Origin: a virus
Length of the DNA stretch: 64,000 nt
IMG/VR virus record: IMGVR_UViG_3300045988_168118
Direction: 5' to 3' (one strand)
Shown here: in pieces, positions 62,201 to 64,000 of the stretch
Numbering within the stretch: the first letter of the stretch is position 1
Layout of the letters: every line of letters starts with the position of its first letter
Notes under the pieces: generated by a model
What the model saw: only the letters and a program-made list of their open reading frames with translations
Database searches by the model: none
What the model was told of the DNA's origin: nothing
Translations under genes and position numbers: made by a program

Positions 62201-63144
62201 ATAGAAGAATAATCATTCCATTGCAAAGTAGGAATTTTAAGAGGCTTTTTAATGTCAAAGTCTTCACATAAATCTCTCACTTTTTCGATGTTATGAAAGC
62301 CTCTTTCTATCTCTTGAGAAGTAAGACTTAAATGTTTGATTAAATCCTCTGTATCCATTAAATAAGTTGTGGCGTAAAAAGAATCTACTTCTCTTTCTCC
62401 TTCTTTTGCTTTTAAGAAAGCTTTATGTATTTCTCTATCTTCCGCTTTAAGATAATGTGTATCACAAGTTATTATATAATCTATATTTAATTCTCTTGAT
62501 ATATCTATAAGTTTAGAATTAACATAAGTTTGTTCTACTGAAGCAGAAGGCTGTAGCTCAAGATAAAAATAATCTTTTCCGCCAAAGGTATGACACATTA
62601 GTTTACACCAATTAAGAATTTTTTCCCATAATTTATCATCATTAGATTGCTTATACTCAAGTAATTTAGTTGGTAGAAATCCACCCAAACATGCAGTACT
62701 CGCAACAACATGACCTGGATTAGCACCGATAATTTCTATTATATCTCTATAATAGGTTGGAACTCTACGCATGCCTCTACTTTTGTAGCTTCTTAACCAT
62801 GCTCGCGTAGATAATTCACAAATTTGTTGAAAGCCTATTTTATCTTTTGCTAATAATACAAAATGATAATACTTATCTTCCTCAGTTATAAAATTATCTT
62901 TATTTAAGCCGTCTCTGCATAAATAAATTTCATTTCCCATAATAATTTTAATTTTGTCTTTAAGTTTGTCTTTTATTTTAGAGATTTTAACAGCAGAGGC
63001 AATAGTCTCATGATCTGTTATTGCAACAACAGAATGACCTAATTCAATGGCTCTGTTAATTAAATCTTCTTCTTTAATAATACAATCTCTTAAACGAAAA
63101 TTAGACATTTGGGTATGATTATGTAAAGAGCCTGTATAGTTCAT
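59230..63144 (-). CDS. dnaE: DNA polymerase III alpha subunit (DnaE-type, with N-terminal PHP domain).
   Basis: PHP motifs SLHNHTQMS...VAITDHETIASA and the palm motif GPGRGSGVGFILLYCLGITQINPL. 1304 aa. Confidence 0.85.
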   Translation of the reverse strand: MNYTGSLHNHTQMSNFRLRDCIIKEEDLINRAIELGHSVVAITDHETIASAVKISKIKDKLKDKIKIIMGNEIYLCRDGLNKDNFITEEDKYYHFVLLAKDKIGFQQICELSTRAWLRSYKSRGMRRVPTYYRDIIEIIGANPGHVVASTACLGGFLPTKLLEYKQSNDDKLWEKILNWCKLMCHTFGGKDYFYLELQPSASVEQTYVNSKLIDISRELNIDYIITCDTHYLKAEDREIHKAFLKAKEGEREVDSFYATTYLMDTEDLIKHLSLTSQEIERGFHNIEKVRDLCEDFDIKKPLKIPTLQWNDYSSIEVTEEWIDRIPFFKTFLDSDYIGDKVLVKAIIHGILTHPDLQNKEAYNEINSNLETTWLSSNVNKTHWSAYYLNLQKIIDLCWEAGSIVGPGRGSGVGFILLYCLGITQINPLREETKCYAWRFLNPERVSVLDIDFDIEGGRRPQVLNKFREFYGEDRVANVLTFRTEKSKAAILTAARGLGYDNDIASYLASLIPSDRGQLRTLKEVFYGNKEKDFKPNTIFVNEMTNNYPDLWEVAQGIEGLICGTGIHAGGVIFVDEPFTKSTALMRAPDGTITTQFDLHDAEEVSLIKYDALSVEAMDKIHACLNLLIEDKKIIKKPTLRETYEEVIGVYNIERDDLKMWEMVWNHKILSLFQMEQQSGIQGIKLAKPRSVNDLSVLNSVIRLMAPDKNSKTPLEMWAIYRKDINVWIREMERYGLSKEEIKWLSNHSAITNGICESQEGLMSLVQEPRLGGNSLTFADKCRKGIAKKQGKLFQECEDIFYENIKKNNCSETLAHYVWDVLLKVQRGYSFNRSHCLAYSLVALQEMNLAYKYPIIYWNTACLIVNSGSIETYKEKDDEIEYEITDESEEKKKEKTTDYAKMAQALGEIIDRGIKVSLVDINKSDYSFKPDAENNEILFGMKALSNVGTPIIEQIFSGRPYKSIKDFMIRCPLNKSAMISLIKSGAFDKLELEWAKELNVEPRVLVMIYYLSVVSEPKKRLTLQNFNGLIQKDLIPPSLDSMKRLFFFNKYLKTEKKVGKYYVFDDACEKFYNQRYDMEDLEVINGCVCILQNKWDKKYQKGMDRARDWLKENQQTVLKEFNEALFLDSWNKYAKGNISAWEMESLCFYYHPHELINIDTSKYGISDFSKLPEEPVVDYFFKRNGKEIPIYKTYKIIGTVISKNDARSSISLLTTSGVVNVKFTKDYFAMFGRQISEKQEDGTKKVMEKGWFQRGTKVMCTGFRRGDTFQTKSYKHTPTHQLYKIIDVNGSDMKLEHVRYGMEGE

Positions 63145-63228
63145 TTTAATTAACCCCGCTTATTTGTATAATACTATTTCTATTAAATTAAATAAATAAA
63201 ATTATTTATACTATTAAAATATATTATA

Positions 63229-63402
63229 TTATATTATATTTTTTTTATTATTGTCAATACATCTTTTACATTTAATCATTTCTATAGAGTCCCTACCAAG
63301 CTCTCTATAGAAAAGATTATATCCTTCAAAAAGAAAAAGCCTATTACATTTATTACATCTTTTTGGGATAATTGCATACTTATCATAATAAGTTATTGTC
63401 AT
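63229..63402 (-). CDS. Small C4 zinc-ribbon protein, 57 aa (MTITYYDKYAIIPKRCNKCNRLFLFEGYNLFYRELGRDSIEMIKCKRCIDNNKKNII). Not in the ORF track.
   Basis: Manual translation with CxxC-N31-CxxC. RBS AAGGAATGA. Lies between the helicase and dnaE. Confidence 0.3.
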   Translation of the reverse strand: MTITYYDKYAIIPKRCNKCNRLFLFEGYNLFYRELGRDSIEMIKCKRCIDNNKKNII

Positions 63403-63405
63403 ATT

Positions 63406-63990
63406 TTATTCATTCCTTATTAAAACTAATTTTTCGCTTGCCCGTGTAACTGTAGTGTATAGCCAACGTGCATGTTCTGTCTTGTCAAAAGGAAAAGCTT
63501 CCTCAATAACTAAGACTTTATCCCATTCACTTCCTTGCGACTTATGTCCCGTAATAGCGTACGCGTATGCGAATTCTTTAGGAACTACATCTCCAATTTT
63601 ATTTTTTAGTTTCCCTAATTGATAAGCTACTTTCCAATCACAGCATCTTTCTCCATTTAAAATTAGTTGTTTATCTACAAGAACATAATTAAATGAAGTA
63701 TTTTTATCAATAATAAAATCTGAGCTAATCATCTCTAATTTACGTTTATCAGCTTTTATAAATCGCGGAATTGTATAAAAAGTTTCAAAAGGGTTTTTTA
63801 AATAGCCAATAGTTCCATTTACTAATGAGTCTCCATTTTCATTAATATCATCCCAATAATTTCTTAAACAGATAACTTTATCTCCATCTTCTGGGAGTGA
63901 TCCCCGCTCCAATAAAGCTCTCATCTGGTTATTGATATTTTGACGAGTCGCATTTGTTCCTACCAAAATTTGATCCGCCCAAGTAAGCAT
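63406..63990 (-). CDS. SF1 DNA helicase (RecD/Dda-like), C-terminal part only. The gene continues beyond the window end.
   Basis: Helicase motifs V and VI (AYAITGHKSQGSEWDKVLV and LYTTVTRASEKLVLI). Walker A is absent from this fragment. Confidence 0.6.
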   Translation of the reverse strand: MLTWADQILVGTNATRQNINNQMRALLERGSLPEDGDKVICLRNYWDDINENGDSLVNGTIGYLKNPFETFYTIPRFIKADKRKLEMISSDFIIDKNTSFNYVLVDKQLILNGERCCDWKVAYQLGKLKNKIGDVVPKEFAYAYAITGHKSQGSEWDKVLVIEEAFPFDKTEHARWLYTTVTRASEKLVLIRNE

Positions 63991-64000
63991 CCCTGTATTT

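Noticed and set aside
1-64000. CRISPR arrays or tRNA genes.
   Set aside because: No regularly spaced direct repeats with unique spacers were seen, and no cloverleaf-compatible sequence with a GTTCNANYC T-loop. The short repeats present are promoter or operator motifs and microsatellites.

Overview
The window reads as one contiguous stretch of a large tailed phage, probably a siphovirus infecting a low-GC, strictly anaerobic Firmicutes host. It is about 70% A+T, uses AGGAGG-type ribosome binding sites and consensus sigma-70 promoters, and carries anaerobic ribonucleotide reductase genes (NrdD/NrdG). It has three parts.

1. Early region (1-9800). Every protein gene is on the minus strand and most are under 250 aa. 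Almost each has its own consensus TTGACA-17-TATAAT promoter, often a duplicated promoter-leader cassette, plus a short terminator. Recognisable products are a DEDDh 3'-5' exonuclease, an HAD/NT5C-type deoxyribonucleotidase, a bacterial-type PARG macrodomain hydrolase and a DUF2493/SLOG protein.

2. Morphogenesis block (9844-53743, plus strand). It starts at a consensus promoter at 9844-9872. The terminase large subunit (TerL) is split by an intron encoding a LAGLIDADG endonuclease, followed by a DUF559 endonuclease, portal, scaffold-like protein and major capsid protein, with attenuator hairpins after the capsid and tail-tube genes. It continues with a 2842-aa tape-measure protein, a 1580-aa repeat-containing fibre, a holin-like protein, a second fibre with YadA-like repeats, and baseplate proteins. 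It ends with a five-gene cassette that includes a Cys-rich membrane protein and a BclA-CTD/C1q-like protein.

3. Replication block (53771-63990, minus strand). It holds a RuvC-like resolvase, dUTPase, NrdG, NrdD, a guanylate-kinase-like protein, the DnaE-type Pol III alpha subunit and the C-terminal part of an SF1 helicase.

The most unusual content is regulatory, although every regulatory element here was called by eye from the sequence. Three units consist of two face-to-face consensus promoters flanking a GC-rich hairpin whose stem co-varies between units. Strong plus-strand promoters sit in a region with no plus-strand genes. Arrays of CTATTGACA, TTGTGCA/TGCACAA and GCGGATTT motifs lie beside a roughly 380-bp A/T-only microsatellite tract inside a 1.25-kb ORF-free zone, which is a candidate origin or regulatory hub. 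The minus-strand operon at 8452-9762 (PARG-like protein, 62-aa ORF and DUF2493/SLOG protein) is a candidate ADP-ribosylation counter-defence module. No tRNA, CRISPR array, integrase or endolysin was recognised in the window.
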